This document shows, one piece after another, positions 37,087-46,598 of a stretch of DNA of 63,827 nucleotides. The position numbers and the translations under genes were made by a program. The notes beneath the pieces were generated by a model. It did not search any database and was not told where the DNA came from. It worked only from the letters and a program-made list of their open reading frames with translations. The stretch comes from an uncultured Oscillospiraceae bacterium (GTDB lineage Bacteria > Bacillota > Clostridia > Oscillospirales > Oscillospiraceae), in contig CAZXIW010000001.1 of assembly GCA_964640905.1 (NCBI GenBank), forward strand, positions 1 through 63,827, read 5' to 3'. The first letter of the stretch is position 1. Each line of letters starts with the position of its first letter.

Positions 37087-38577
37087 TTACGCCTGAAGAA
37101 GGGCAATGCCCTTTTCGATTCTTGCAAGGGACTCTTCCTTGCCAAGCAGCGCGCAAAGCTCCGTTGCGCCGCCGGGGGTCGAGGCCTTGCCGGACACGGC
37201 CACACGCAGCGGCCAGAGAATGACGGAGTTTTTAACGCCCCGCTCTGCGGCCACGGCCACGAGCTTTTCATAAAGCGCCTCGTTTGTCCACTCGTCCTGC
37301 CCGCGCAGGATGGGAAGGAGCGCCGTGAGCGTCTCAAGAGAGTTTTCAAGGTTCGTCTTGGACTTCTTGTGGACATAAAGCTCAGTCGAATATTCCGGAA
37401 GCGTATCGATAAAATCAACGCGCTCAGGAAGGTCGGAGAGAATTTCGCACCGCGACTGCACCAGCGCCGCGACCTTGCGAAGCTCGACCGCAGGATTTGT
37501 GACAGCCTTCTTAAGCCACGGCTCGGCTTTCTCGAAGAATTCCTCCGGCGTGAGTTTTTTCATATACTCTGCGTTCATCCAGCGGAGCTTTTCAATGTCA
37601 AAGACGGCAGGGGACTTCGAGATGCCGGAGATATCAAAGACCTCGGCAAGCTCGGAAAGCGTAAAGAACTCCCGCTCGGCAAGCTCGCCCTTGGGGCTCC
37701 AGCCAAGAAGCGCCACATAGTTTAAAACGGCCGGGGTCAGATAGCCCTGCGCGATGAGATCTTCGTAGCTGGGGTCTCCGTGGCGCTTGGACATTTTGTG
37801 CTGGCTGTCGCGCATGACGGGTGAGCAGTGGACATAGGTCGGCACAGCCCAGCCGAAGGCCTCATAAAGCAGGTTATACTTGGGCGCGGAGGACAGATAC
37901 TCGCTGCCGCGCACGACGTGGGTGATGCCCATGAGATGGTCATCGACAACGTTTGCAAAGTTATAGGTGGGCAGGCCGTCAGACTTCAGAAGAACCTGAT
38001 CCTCCAGCTCCTTGTTTTCAACCGTGATATCGCCAAAGGAAGCATCGTGGAACGTGGTCGTGCCCTCCTGTGGGATGCGCTGGCGGATGACATACGGCTC
38101 GCCCGCCTCCGCGCGCGAAAGCGCCTCGGAAAGAGGAAGGTCTCGGCAGGCGCAGACATGCTTTTTAATCTGCTTGGCGTCCGTTTCCTCAGAAGCTTCT
38201 TCCTCGCCCTTCTGGCAGAAGCAGTAGTAAGCGCCGCCCTTTTCGCAAAGAAGCCTGGCGTATTTTCCAAACAGGCCCTTGCGCTCAGACTGGATATAAG
38301 GGCCGACGGGGCCGCCGACATCGGGGCCTTCGTCGTGCGTCAGGCCGCACTCGGTCATGGTTCTGTAAATGACATCCACCGCGCCCTCGACCAGACGCCC
38401 CTGGTCGGTGTCTTCGATGCGGAGAATGAACTTTCCACCGTAGCGGCGGGCAATGAGCCAGGTATAAAGCGCCGTTCTCAGATTGCCGACGTGCATGTAG
38501 CCCGTGGGGCTGGGGGCAAAGCGCGTGCGAACCTCGCCCTGCGGGATGCGCGCTTCCATTTCTTCAAAAAAATCCAT
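37087..38577 (-). CDS. gltX: Glutamyl-tRNA synthetase
   Basis: RTRFAPSPTG, HVGN, LRIEDTD and KMSKR motifs; GGAGG RBS before ATG 38577. Confidence 0.97.
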   Translation of the reverse strand: MDFFEEMEARIPQGEVRTRFAPSPTGYMHVGNLRTALYTWLIARRYGGKFILRIEDTDQGRLVEGAVDVIYRTMTECGLTHDEGPDVGGPVGPYIQSERKGLFGKYARLLCEKGGAYYCFCQKGEEEASEETDAKQIKKHVCACRDLPLSEALSRAEAGEPYVIRQRIPQEGTTTFHDASFGDITVENKELEDQVLLKSDGLPTYNFANVVDDHLMGITHVVRGSEYLSSAPKYNLLYEAFGWAVPTYVHCSPVMRDSQHKMSKRHGDPSYEDLIAQGYLTPAVLNYVALLGWSPKGELAEREFFTLSELAEVFDISGISKSPAVFDIEKLRWMNAEYMKKLTPEEFFEKAEPWLKKAVTNPAVELRKVAALVQSRCEILSDLPERVDFIDTLPEYSTELYVHKKSKTNLENSLETLTALLPILRGQDEWTNEALYEKLVAVAAERGVKNSVILWPLRVAVSGKASTPGGATELCALLGKEESLARIEKGIALLQA

Positions 38578-38633
38578 CGTGGATTCCTCCATTAACTTAC
38601 TTATTTCAGCTCTGGCTGGTATGCAAAACAAAA

Positions 38634-38793
38634 GGCAGATCTGGAAGCCGGAATTGTGGCCGGGGGCGGAAGATTTTTTCGCCAGACAAGGGAAGCGGAC
38701 GCAGGAATACTCTGTGTATTTCAAGGACGATTCCCGACGTATGGCGGAAAAAGAACCGTGCATCCGGACGCAGGGACGGTTTTCAGATGTGCC
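38634..38793. repeat. ~160-nt imperfect palindrome (MITE-like element or structured leader RNA)
   Basis: Ends GGCAGATCTGGAAGCCG / CGGTTTTCAGATGTGCC pair 14 of 17; inner arms TTTTTCGCCA/TGGCGGAAAA and AATAC/GTATT. Confidence 0.7.
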
Positions 38794-38799
38794 GACTAT

Positions 38800-38864
38800 A
38801 TAATATAGTTTTTTTGCGTATCCGTCAATGACTGATTGCGAAATTTCCATGTTTGTGCTAGAAT
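38800..38864. promoter_or_regulatory. Divergent sigmaA promoters for gltX and trpS
   Basis: Minus strand TTGACG-17-TATTAT (38828-38800); plus strand TTGCGA-17-TAGAAT (38836-38864). Confidence 0.7.
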
Positions 38865-38905
38865 AGGCGTAACTATCGAAATTACTATAAAAGAAGGGTC
38901 ATACG

Positions 38906-39898
38906 ATGGAACAGAAAAAACGTATCTTTTCGGGAATTCAGCCGAGCGGCGATCTGACGCTGGGCTCTTATATGGGCGCGATCAAGAACTGGGTGGCTTT
39001 GCAGGACGAGTACGACTGCCTGTACTGCATCGTGGATATGCACGCCATCACCGTCCGGCAGGTCCCGGCTGATCTTCGCAGAAGAAGCCTTGAGCAGCTG
39101 GCGCAGTATATTGCCTGCGGCCTTGACCCGCAGAAAAACATCATGTTCATCCAGTCCCATGTGCCGCAGCACGCGGAGCTGAGCTGGGTGCTGGGCTGCT
39201 ACACGCAGTTTGGCGAGCTTTCGCGCATGACGCAGTTCAAGCAGAAGTCGCAGCAGCATGCAGATAACATTACGGCAGGTCTTTTCACCTACCCGGTTTT
39301 GATGGCGGCAGACATTCTTCTCTATCAGGCAGACCTTGTCCCCGTGGGAGAAGACCAGAAGCAGCATGTCGAGCTTTGCCGCGACATTGCAACGCGCTTT
39401 AACTACACCTTCCCGGATACCTTCACGCTCCCTGATCCGTTTATCCCCAAGATGGGCGCGCGTATCATGAGCCTTGGAAGCCCGGAAAACAAGATGTCAA
39501 AGTCTGACCCCGACGGCTGCGTGTTCCTGATGGACAAGCCCGAGGACGTCATGCGCAAATTTAAGCGCGCCGTGACCGACTGCGAGACGGCTGTCCGCTA
39601 TGACAGAGAAAATAAGCCCGGCGTCTCGAACCTTCTTACCATCTACTGCGCGGCAACGGGCAAGACCATTGCCGAGGCCGAGGCCGAGTTTGCAGGCCAG
39701 GGCTACGGCATCTTCAAGCCCGCCGTCGGCGAGGCAGTGGTCGAGCTGATGCGCCCGATTCGCGAGGAGACGACAAAGCTTCTTTCCGACAAGGCGTATC
39801 TGGAGTCGATCTACAAAGAGGGCGCAGAGAAGGCGGGCGCGCTTGCAAACCGCACACTGCGCAAAGTATATAAGAAGGTGGGCTTCGTAGCCCGCTGA
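38906..39898 (+). CDS. trpS: Tryptophanyl-tRNA synthetase
   Basis: FSGIQPSG, TLGS (HIGH-equivalent), YPVLMAADIL, VPVGEDQ and KMSKS motifs. Confidence 0.97.
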   Translation: MEQKKRIFSGIQPSGDLTLGSYMGAIKNWVALQDEYDCLYCIVDMHAITVRQVPADLRRRSLEQLAQYIACGLDPQKNIMFIQSHVPQHAELSWVLGCYTQFGELSRMTQFKQKSQQHADNITAGLFTYPVLMAADILLYQADLVPVGEDQKQHVELCRDIATRFNYTFPDTFTLPDPFIPKMGARIMSLGSPENKMSKSDPDGCVFLMDKPEDVMRKFKRAVTDCETAVRYDRENKPGVSNLLTIYCAATGKTIAEAEAEFAGQGYGIFKPAVGEAVVELMRPIREETTKLLSDKAYLESIYKEGAEKAGALANRTLRKVYKKVGFVAR

Positions 39899-39912
39899 TG
39901 GGAGGTTGCAGC

Positions 39913-41007
39913 ATGATAAGCACCGGTACGGCAATCAAGATGCTGCTGGCCATGCTGGTCGCGGCGGTCGTGTCGTTTTTGTCAACGCCGATGGTCAAGA
40001 GCCTTGCCTATAAGGTCGGGGCAATTGACGTGCCAAAGGATAACAGGCGCATGCACAAGGTGCCCATCCCGCGCCTTGGCGGGCTGGCGATTTTCCTGGC
40101 GTTTTTGCTGTCGGTTCTGGTCTTTGCCAAAATCGACCGGCAGATGCAGGGCATTCTGCTTGGCGCGACGCTCATCGTCGTGCTAGGCGTGATGGATGAT
40201 ATCATGGCGCTCCGGGCGCTTCCGAAGCTGATCGTTCAGATTCTGGCGGCGGGCATTGCGGTCTACCATGGCTGCGTCATCCAGTTTATCTCAAACCCCA
40301 ATGTCTTTTCTGACCTCACCTATTTAAACCTTGGCTGGCTGTCTGTGCCGGTGACGATCATCTGGATCGTTGCCATCACAAACGCCGTTAATCTCATTGA
40401 CGGCCTGGATGGTCTGGCAGTCGGCGTGTCCGCCATCTCAACGGCGGCTATTACGGTCATTGCGCTTCTGGTCTCGGAAAACAATGTGGCCGTGGTGCTG
40501 GCGGCGCTTTTTGGCGCGTGCCTCGGCTTTATTCCCTATAATATGAACCCGGCAAAGATCTTTATGGGAGATACCGGCGCAACGTTTCTCGGCTATATTC
40601 TTGCAACGCTCTCCGTGCAGGGGCTTTTCAAGATGTACGCCATCATCTCCTTTGCCGTGCCGTTTCTGATTCTCGGTGTGCCGATCTTTGATATCTGCTT
40701 TGCCTTCCTGCGCCGCATCGCCAAGGGGCAAAACCCCATGAAGGCCGACCGCGGCCATGTCCACCACCGGCTCATTGACATGGGCTTTTCGCAGAAGCAG
40801 GCCGTGGCCATCTCCTACATGCTGGCGGCGATTCTGGGTCTGGCGGCGGTGCTTCTGACAACGTCGGGGGAGATCAAGGCGCTCATCCTGATCGGGACAA
40901 TTTTCGTCGTCGGCGCAATCGGCATGCGCGTTATTTTCAGCACCAAGGATACCCCGGAAAAGCACGAGCCGCCGCAGGGCGCTTCGCAGGAGGAAACAAA
41001 TGAGTAA
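39913..41007 (+). CDS. tagO: Undecaprenyl-phosphate GlcNAc-1-phosphate transferase (TagO/WecA, MraY family)
   Basis: PRLGG, NAVNLIDGLDGL, IFMGDTG and DRGHVHH motifs. Confidence 0.9.
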   Translation: MISTGTAIKMLLAMLVAAVVSFLSTPMVKSLAYKVGAIDVPKDNRRMHKVPIPRLGGLAIFLAFLLSVLVFAKIDRQMQGILLGATLIVVLGVMDDIMALRALPKLIVQILAAGIAVYHGCVIQFISNPNVFSDLTYLNLGWLSVPVTIIWIVAITNAVNLIDGLDGLAVGVSAISTAAITVIALLVSENNVAVVLAALFGACLGFIPYNMNPAKIFMGDTGATFLGYILATLSVQGLFKMYAIISFAVPFLILGVPIFDICFAFLRRIAKGQNPMKADRGHVHHRLIDMGFSQKQAVAISYMLAAILGLAAVLLTTSGEIKALILIGTIFVVGAIGMRVIFSTKDTPEKHEPPQGASQEETNE

Positions 41008-42151
41008 GATAAAAGTCATGTCCATCTTCGGCACACGCCCGGAGGCTATCAAAATGGCGCCGCTGGTCAAAGAACTCGAGCGGCGCGAAGAAATCGAATC
41101 GCTTGTCTGCCTCACCGGCCAGCACCGCGAGATGCTGGACTCGGTGATGGAGATCTTTGGTCTCAAGGCAGACTTTGACCTCAACATCATGCAGCAGCGC
41201 CAGACGCTTTCGAGCATCACAACGAAGACGCTTCTTGGCATGGAAGCGGTCTTTGCGCAGAATAAGCCAGACCTCATCCTTGTCCACGGCGACACCTCCA
41301 CGACCTTCGCCGGCGCGTTGGCCGGGTTTTACCACCAGATCAAGGTCGGCCATGTGGAGGCGGGGCTTCGCACGTGGGATAAATACTCCCCCTTCCCGGA
41401 GGAGATGAACCGGACGCTGGTCGGCGACATTGCAGACCTTCATTTCTCGCCCACAAAGGCAAACGCGCAGAATCTTCTGCGCGAGAGCATCATGGGAGAC
41501 GTCTTCATTACCGGCAACACCGCCATCGACGCGATGAAGTATACCGTGCAGAAGGATTTCCAATTTGGTCTTCCGGCGCTCGACAGCCTGGACTTTGAAA
41601 ACAGGCGCGTGATCGTGGTCACCTGCCACAGACGGGAAAACTACGGCCAGCCGATGCAGGACATCATGCACGCCATTTTGGAGGTCGTCAACAGCCGCGA
41701 GGATGTCGAGGTCATTTACCCCGTGCATTTAAGCCCCGTGGTGCGTGAATGCGCGTTCCCGATTCTGGGCGGCCATGAGCGTATCCATCTCATTGACCCG
41801 GTCAATGTCGAGCAGATGCACAATCTCATCGCCCGCTGCTACATGGTCATGACGGACTCCGGCGGCCTTCAGGAGGAAGCGCCCGCACTTGGAAAGCCCG
41901 TTCTTGTCATGCGCCGGGAGACCGAGCGGCCTGAGGCCGTCGCGGCCGGGACGGCAAAGCTTGCAGGCGTTGACAAAGAGACGATCGTCCGCCTCGCGCT
42001 GGAGCTGCTCGACAGCCCGGACGCTTACGCCGCCATGGCAAAGGCTGTCAACCCCTACGGTGATGGCCACGCCAGCGCGCGCATTGCCGACGCCATTTTG
42101 TGGCACTTTGGAAAGCGCGGCGAAAAGCCCGCGGATTTTTGCGCAGAATAA
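41000..42151 (+). CDS. wecB: UDP-GlcNAc 2-epimerase (non-hydrolysing)
   Basis: FGTRPEAIKMAP, HVEAGLRT, TDSGGLQEEAP and NPYGDG motifs. Confidence 0.96.
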   Translation: MSKIKVMSIFGTRPEAIKMAPLVKELERREEIESLVCLTGQHREMLDSVMEIFGLKADFDLNIMQQRQTLSSITTKTLLGMEAVFAQNKPDLILVHGDTSTTFAGALAGFYHQIKVGHVEAGLRTWDKYSPFPEEMNRTLVGDIADLHFSPTKANAQNLLRESIMGDVFITGNTAIDAMKYTVQKDFQFGLPALDSLDFENRRVIVVTCHRRENYGQPMQDIMHAILEVVNSREDVEVIYPVHLSPVVRECAFPILGGHERIHLIDPVNVEQMHNLIARCYMVMTDSGGLQEEAPALGKPVLVMRRETERPEAVAAGTAKLAGVDKETIVRLALELLDSPDAYAAMAKAVNPYGDGHASARIADAILWHFGKRGEKPADFCAE

Positions 42152-42175
42152 TGCTGCCGGAAAGGGGAGACTGCC

Positions 42176-42964
42176 GTGGAGCAGGAGCATAAGAACTGGA
42201 AGCCACTTCTGATTGCGGCAGTGGCCGCTGTGGCGGTGGTTGCGCTGCTTCTGGTGCTGTTTTTCAGCGGCGGGCAGTCTGCCGCCGAACAGACCATCGT
42301 CCTGCCAGAGCCGTCTGCGGCGGAAAAGCCGCCGCAGAGCCAGCCGGAGCCGCCAAGCGCGCAGCTTTATGAGATCACGCGGGAAAATGTCCAGAGTGTT
42401 CTGGAAAAAAGCGTTGCCCGCCCGGCAAGCTACCACCAGAGCATGCAGCTGAGCATTCTCGCCGGGAGCGCCCAGCGCACGCAGAGCGTGGAGCTTTGGG
42501 TAGAGGGCTCTCTCATCCGGGCGCAGATCACCGACGCCTTTGAAACAAAAACCATCCTGGCAAACGCCGACACGCTCTATCTCTGGTATGACGACGAAGC
42601 GCCCATCACCCTCGCGCGCAGCGAGAGCATGGGCGCAGACGCGCTGGCCGGAATCCCAAGCTATGAGAGCATTCTTGCGCTTTCCGCCGCGCAGATCACA
42701 CAGGCCGCCTTTGTTACGCTCACAGAGCCGGAGGCCGACTGCATCTATGTCAGCGCGCAGGAGGAGCAACTCCAGCAGGAGTATTGGGTGAGCCTTGAAA
42801 GCGGGCTTTTATGTAAGCAGATGATGCTCTGCGAGGGGGAGCTGGTCTATCTCATGGAGCAGACCGCGCTGGAGATCTTCCCGGAGCACGACGAGGCGCT
42901 TGCAGATGTTTTCTGCCTGCCCGACGGGACACAGCCCTTCGCGCAGGCTTCTACAGAAGCATGA
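42176..42964 (+). CDS. Membrane-anchored hypothetical protein (possible LolA-like fold)
   Basis: N-terminal TM, Pro-rich linker, YWVSLESGLL motif; GTG start with RBS. Confidence 0.7.
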   Translation: MEQEHKNWKPLLIAAVAAVAVVALLLVLFFSGGQSAAEQTIVLPEPSAAEKPPQSQPEPPSAQLYEITRENVQSVLEKSVARPASYHQSMQLSILAGSAQRTQSVELWVEGSLIRAQITDAFETKTILANADTLYLWYDDEAPITLARSESMGADALAGIPSYESILALSAAQITQAAFVTLTEPEADCIYVSAQEEQLQQEYWVSLESGLLCKQMMLCEGELVYLMEQTALEIFPEHDEALADVFCLPDGTQPFAQASTEA

Positions 42965-43310
42965 CCGCCGCAAAAACCAGCAGCAGCGTCAGCGCGTCAT
43001 CCTCCTCCGATTCCAGCAGAAGCAGCGCCAGAATCAGCACCACCAGCACATCGCCCGCGTCAAGCCCGGGCGGAAGATATCGCCGCGCAGGGCGCTCCAG
43101 CGGGGCGCTCTGCGGAACAAGTGCGCCCGCTCTGTCAGACGCGGGCGGCTTCGGCTTTGGCGGAAGCTCTCCCGGCGGCGCGGCAGACCCCGGCGGCGCG
43201 GCAGACCCCGGCGGCGCATCAGCCGCCTGCGGCGGCTTTCCCGCCGGTGCATCCGGCATGACGGTGCGCTGAAACGTTCCGTCCGGCGAGGGTGTATAGC
43301 GGTTATACAT
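42951..43310 (-). CDS. Pro-rich hypothetical protein with hydrophobic C-terminus
   Basis: GGAGG RBS; MYNRY start; LDAGDVLVVLILALLL; overlaps the upstream gene. Confidence 0.75.
   Translation of the reverse strand: MYNRYTPSPDGTFQRTVMPDAPAGKPPQAADAPPGSAAPPGSAAPPGELPPKPKPPASDRAGALVPQSAPLERPARRYLPPGLDAGDVLVVLILALLLLESEEDDALTLLLVFAAVMLL
43171..43217. repeat. 18-nt tandem repeat, about 2.6 copies (encodes APPGSA)
   Basis: CCCGGCGGCGCGGCAGAC twice plus a partial copy. Confidence 0.9.
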
Positions 43311-43698
43311 GCGCAGAACCTCCTGACTGATCGTTCTGCCCGTTTGCGCGCAGCGCCGCGCCCGCCAGCCGGGAAAGCCTCGCGGCCTGCATGGCGCGGT
43401 CGATTTTTTCCCGGCGCGCGGGCTTTAAAAACGGCTTGAGGGCATTGAGCAGATTTTCCTGCCGCCGGTCGAGCTTTCCCGCCCGCTGCAAAAGCGCGGC
43501 AAGCATGTCGTTTGCCGTGTCCGCTGCGCTTTCAGGCGGCTTTGGCGCTGGGGGCGGCGGCGCAGATGGCGGCGCAGGTATGCCTTCTCCCTCTGGCGGC
43601 GAAAGGCCAAGCGAACGGGCAAGCGAAAAAATCGCCTGCATCTGGCCGGGGTCATTCAGAATCTCGCCCAGCCGCGCTTCAAGCTCCTGCGCGCTCAT
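43303..43698 (-). CDS. Hypothetical protein, probable sporulation protein
   Basis: ILNDPGQM...Pro-rich linker...LLNALKPFL; translationally coupled to neighbours. Confidence 0.75.
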   Translation of the reverse strand: MSAQELEARLGEILNDPGQMQAIFSLARSLGLSPPEGEGIPAPPSAPPPPAPKPPESAADTANDMLAALLQRAGKLDRRQENLLNALKPFLKPARREKIDRAMQAARLSRLAGAALRANGQNDQSGGSAHV

Positions 43699-43946
43699 AC
43701 CTGTCGGTTGATTTTCTCGACCAGTGCCTGCGCCTGCGGCTCCTGCATGATGGGGCTGAGCAGCTCCTTTGCGCGCTGTGCGTCGCCGCGCCGGAAGGCA
43801 TCGGCTGCCGCGCGGATGGCCGCTCCGCCGTCGCGGCCAAGCAGGGCGATGAGCGCCTTGCCCTCTGGCGAGGAAAGGACGGCTGCAAGCTGCGCTTCTG
43901 AAAAGGACGAGGCCGCGCTTTCGGCCTCAAAAAAAGTTTTGTCCAT
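43695..43946 (-). CDS. Hypothetical helical protein, 83 aa
   Basis: GGAGG RBS; first gene of a coupled three-gene operon. Confidence 0.75.
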   Translation of the reverse strand: MDKTFFEAESAASSFSEAQLAAVLSSPEGKALIALLGRDGGAAIRAAADAFRRGDAQRAKELLSPIMQEPQAQALVEKINRQV

Positions 43947-44010
43947 ATTCCGCCTCCTGAAAAAAGTTCTGCTCTATTCTATGCAGGAGCGCGCGTGAGG
44001 TGAACCATTC

Positions 44011-44472
44011 TTGAAAATTCTTGTACTGTCTGACTCGCACCGCGCGCTGGGCGCAATGTATGACGCGGCGGCACTTGAACAGCCGGACATCATCATGCAT
44101 CTGGGCGACCATGTCCGCGACGCACAGGAGCTTTCCTATGCGTTCGATACGACAGACTTTTACATGGTCAGAGGAAACTGCGATTACGCCGCGCAGACGC
44201 CGGAGACGATTCTGACCGAGCTTGCGGGCGTGCGCATTTTTCTGACGCACGGGCATTTATTTGGCGTAAAAAGCGGCCTTGGTAATTTAAAGTGCGAAGC
44301 GCAGCGCCTTGGCGCGCAGGTCGCGCTCTTTGGCCATACGCACAGAGCCTTCTGCGAGGAAGACGGCGGCGTGTGGTATCTCAACCCCGGCGCTGCCGGA
44401 AGCGGAAGCTACGGCATTGTGGAGCTGAAGGGCGGCAAAGCCCTCTGCCGGCTCAAAACACTTGAAGCTTGA
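44011..44472 (+). CDS. YfcE/YsnB-family metallophosphoesterase
   Basis: SDSH, HLGD, GNCD, THGH, GHTH and NPG motifs. Confidence 0.93.
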   Translation: MKILVLSDSHRALGAMYDAAALEQPDIIMHLGDHVRDAQELSYAFDTTDFYMVRGNCDYAAQTPETILTELAGVRIFLTHGHLFGVKSGLGNLKCEAQRLGAQVALFGHTHRAFCEEDGGVWYLNPGAAGSGSYGIVELKGGKALCRLKTLEA

Positions 44473-44509
44473 TTTTATCTGCCCCAGCGGCAGTTTGGGA
44501 GGAATCCGT

Positions 44510-45277
44510 ATGCTCTTAGCCATTGATATCGGCAATACCAACATCGTGATCGGCTGCATCGAAGGCGAAAAGATCTGCCATGAGCTTCGCCTGGCGACCG
44601 ACCTTGTCAAAACCTCTGACCAGTACTGGATGGATCTGAAGGGCGTGCTTTCGCTCTATGGGTGCGAAACGGCGCAGATCGAGGGGGTCATCATCTCGTC
44701 TGTCGTGCCGCCGGTTTTAAACTCTCTGCGCACAGCGGTCATGAAGCTGACCGGAAAAACGCCGATGGTCGTAGGCCCCGGCATCCGGACAGGGCTCAAC
44801 ATCGCCTCGGCCAGCGCCGGGCAGGTGGGAAGCGATCTGATCGTCGCCTCCGTTGCAGCGCTGCATGAATACCCGCTTCCCATCATCGTCATCGACATGG
44901 GTACGGCCACGACCATCATGGCTATCGACCAGACCGGGACGTTCGTTGGCGGCAGCATCTGCCCGGGCGTCAAGCTCTCGTCTGAGGTTCTGACCTCGAA
45001 GACCGCACAGCTGCCCGGCATCAGCCTCGACGCGCCAAAGCGCGCCATCGGCAGAAATACCGTTGAATGCATGCGAAGCGGCATCATGCTCGGCTCTGCC
45101 TGCATGATCGACGGCATGATCGCGCGCATGGAGGAGGAGCTTGGCACAAAGGCCTCCGTTGTCGCAACGGGCGGCATCGCCCGCTTTGTGCTTCCGATGT
45201 GCCGCTCGGAAATTCGCTATGACCGCGACCTTCTTCTCAAGGGTCTTCGCATTCTCTATGAAAATAACAAGCGCTAA
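44510..45277 (+). CDS. coaX: Type III pantothenate kinase
   Basis: IDIGNTN, SSVVP, VGSD, IDMGTATT and ATGG motifs. Confidence 0.95.
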   Translation: MLLAIDIGNTNIVIGCIEGEKICHELRLATDLVKTSDQYWMDLKGVLSLYGCETAQIEGVIISSVVPPVLNSLRTAVMKLTGKTPMVVGPGIRTGLNIASASAGQVGSDLIVASVAALHEYPLPIIVIDMGTATTIMAIDQTGTFVGGSICPGVKLSSEVLTSKTAQLPGISLDAPKRAIGRNTVECMRSGIMLGSACMIDGMIARMEEELGTKASVVATGGIARFVLPMCRSEIRYDRDLLLKGLRILYENNKR

Positions 45278-45447
45278 AGCATACTGACCACCAGCACAAA
45301 GCACGCCAGCACACCAAGGCCGAGGATGGCCGTAACGGCCAGATCGAGCATGGCGCAAAGCATGCGCAGTCTGCGCTCGTGCAGCGCGGCGCGCGGCGGG
45401 GGCGCGGGGTATTCGGCGGAACGGTTTCTGACGCGGTTTGTCTGCAT
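45274..45447 (-). CDS. 57-aa small membrane protein (not in ORF track)
   Basis: AAGGAGG RBS; MQTNRVRNRSAEYPAPPPRAALHERRLRMLCAMLDLAVTAILGLGVLACFVLVVSML; extended -10 TGcTATCAT upstream. Confidence 0.7.
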   Translation of the reverse strand: MQTNRVRNRSAEYPAPPPRAALHERRLRMLCAMLDLAVTAILGLGVLACFVLVVSML

Positions 45448-45535
45448 GTGACGTGCCTCCTTTTTTCTTCTGTGAGGCTATGATAGCAGAGTATGTGTAC
45501 GATAAACGGGACTTTTATGCGAAAGGGGATTTTTT

Positions 45536-46447
45536 ATGGAGGAATTCTATCTCACATCCAGCGGCGCGGGGCGTCTTCACTGCGGCCTCTGGCGGCCGGC
45601 GGCAGCGCCGCGCGCGGTGGTGCAGCTTGTCCACGGCATTGCCGAGCATATTGGCCGCTATGACCATTTTGCGCAGTTTCTGGCAGAGCGCGGCTTTGTC
45701 GTCTGCGCAGACGACCACATGGGGCATGGTCTGAGCGTGGAAAAGGGCGGTGTCTACGGCTATTTTTCCGGCGGCTGGATGGCCGCCGTGCAGGATGAGA
45801 AGCTTTTGATGGACGAAATGAAGAAGCAGTATCCCGCCATTCCCTATATCATCCTTGGCCACAGCATGGGCTCGTTCCTGCTGCGCACCTTCCTCTACAC
45901 CTATCCCGGCGCGCTGAGCGGCGCGATCATCTCCGGCACAGGCTGGGAGTCTGCGCTGACGCTCAAGGCGGGGCTTTTGCTCTGTGCGCTGGAGGCGCGG
46001 CGCATCGGCCAGACCGGGTGCAGCGGACTTCTGAAAAAGATGATGTTTGGCGCATACAACAAAAACTTCCGCCCCAACCGCACACCAAACGACTGGATCT
46101 GCTCCGACGAGGCCGTTGTCGACGCATACACGAACGACGCGCTTTGCGGCTTTGATGTGACGGTCGGTCTGGCGCGCGACATGCTCGGTGGCATGCAGAT
46201 GAACGAGCAGGCCGAAAATCTTGCCCGGATGGACCGGCAGCTTCCTGTTCTCTTTGTCTCCGGCATGCAGGACCCCGTCGGCTCGATGGGCGCGGGCGTT
46301 CTGACCTGCATCGACGCGTTCAAGCGCGCGGGGCTTAAAAACATCACCATCCATCTCTACCCCGATGGCCGCCACGAAATGCTCAACGAGACCAATCGCA
46401 CCGAGGTCTACGCGGATATTCTGGCGTGGCTGGAGCAGGTGGCATAA
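45536..46447 (+). CDS. Alpha/beta hydrolase (lysophospholipase-like)
   Basis: HGIAEH, GHG, GHSMG nucleophile and RHEMLNE motifs. Confidence 0.93.
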   Translation: MEEFYLTSSGAGRLHCGLWRPAAAPRAVVQLVHGIAEHIGRYDHFAQFLAERGFVVCADDHMGHGLSVEKGGVYGYFSGGWMAAVQDEKLLMDEMKKQYPAIPYIILGHSMGSFLLRTFLYTYPGALSGAIISGTGWESALTLKAGLLLCALEARRIGQTGCSGLLKKMMFGAYNKNFRPNRTPNDWICSDEAVVDAYTNDALCGFDVTVGLARDMLGGMQMNEQAENLARMDRQLPVLFVSGMQDPVGSMGAGVLTCIDAFKRAGLKNITIHLYPDGRHEMLNETNRTEVYADILAWLEQVA

Positions 46448-46598
46448 CGAAACAGACAGAAAAAGCATGCAGCCTCTTGGAAATTACTTCCGAGAGGTTG
46501 CATTTTGTAATTCTTTCTGCTATACTTGTATAAATTTTGTTACCGCTTTGTGGAATGATTCTGTCCCTGCTATGGGACTTTGAAAGGAGCACGCACCA

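Noticed and set aside
38865-38905. T-box for trpS
   Set aside because: The leader is only about 35 nt after the predicted promoter and has no T-box motif
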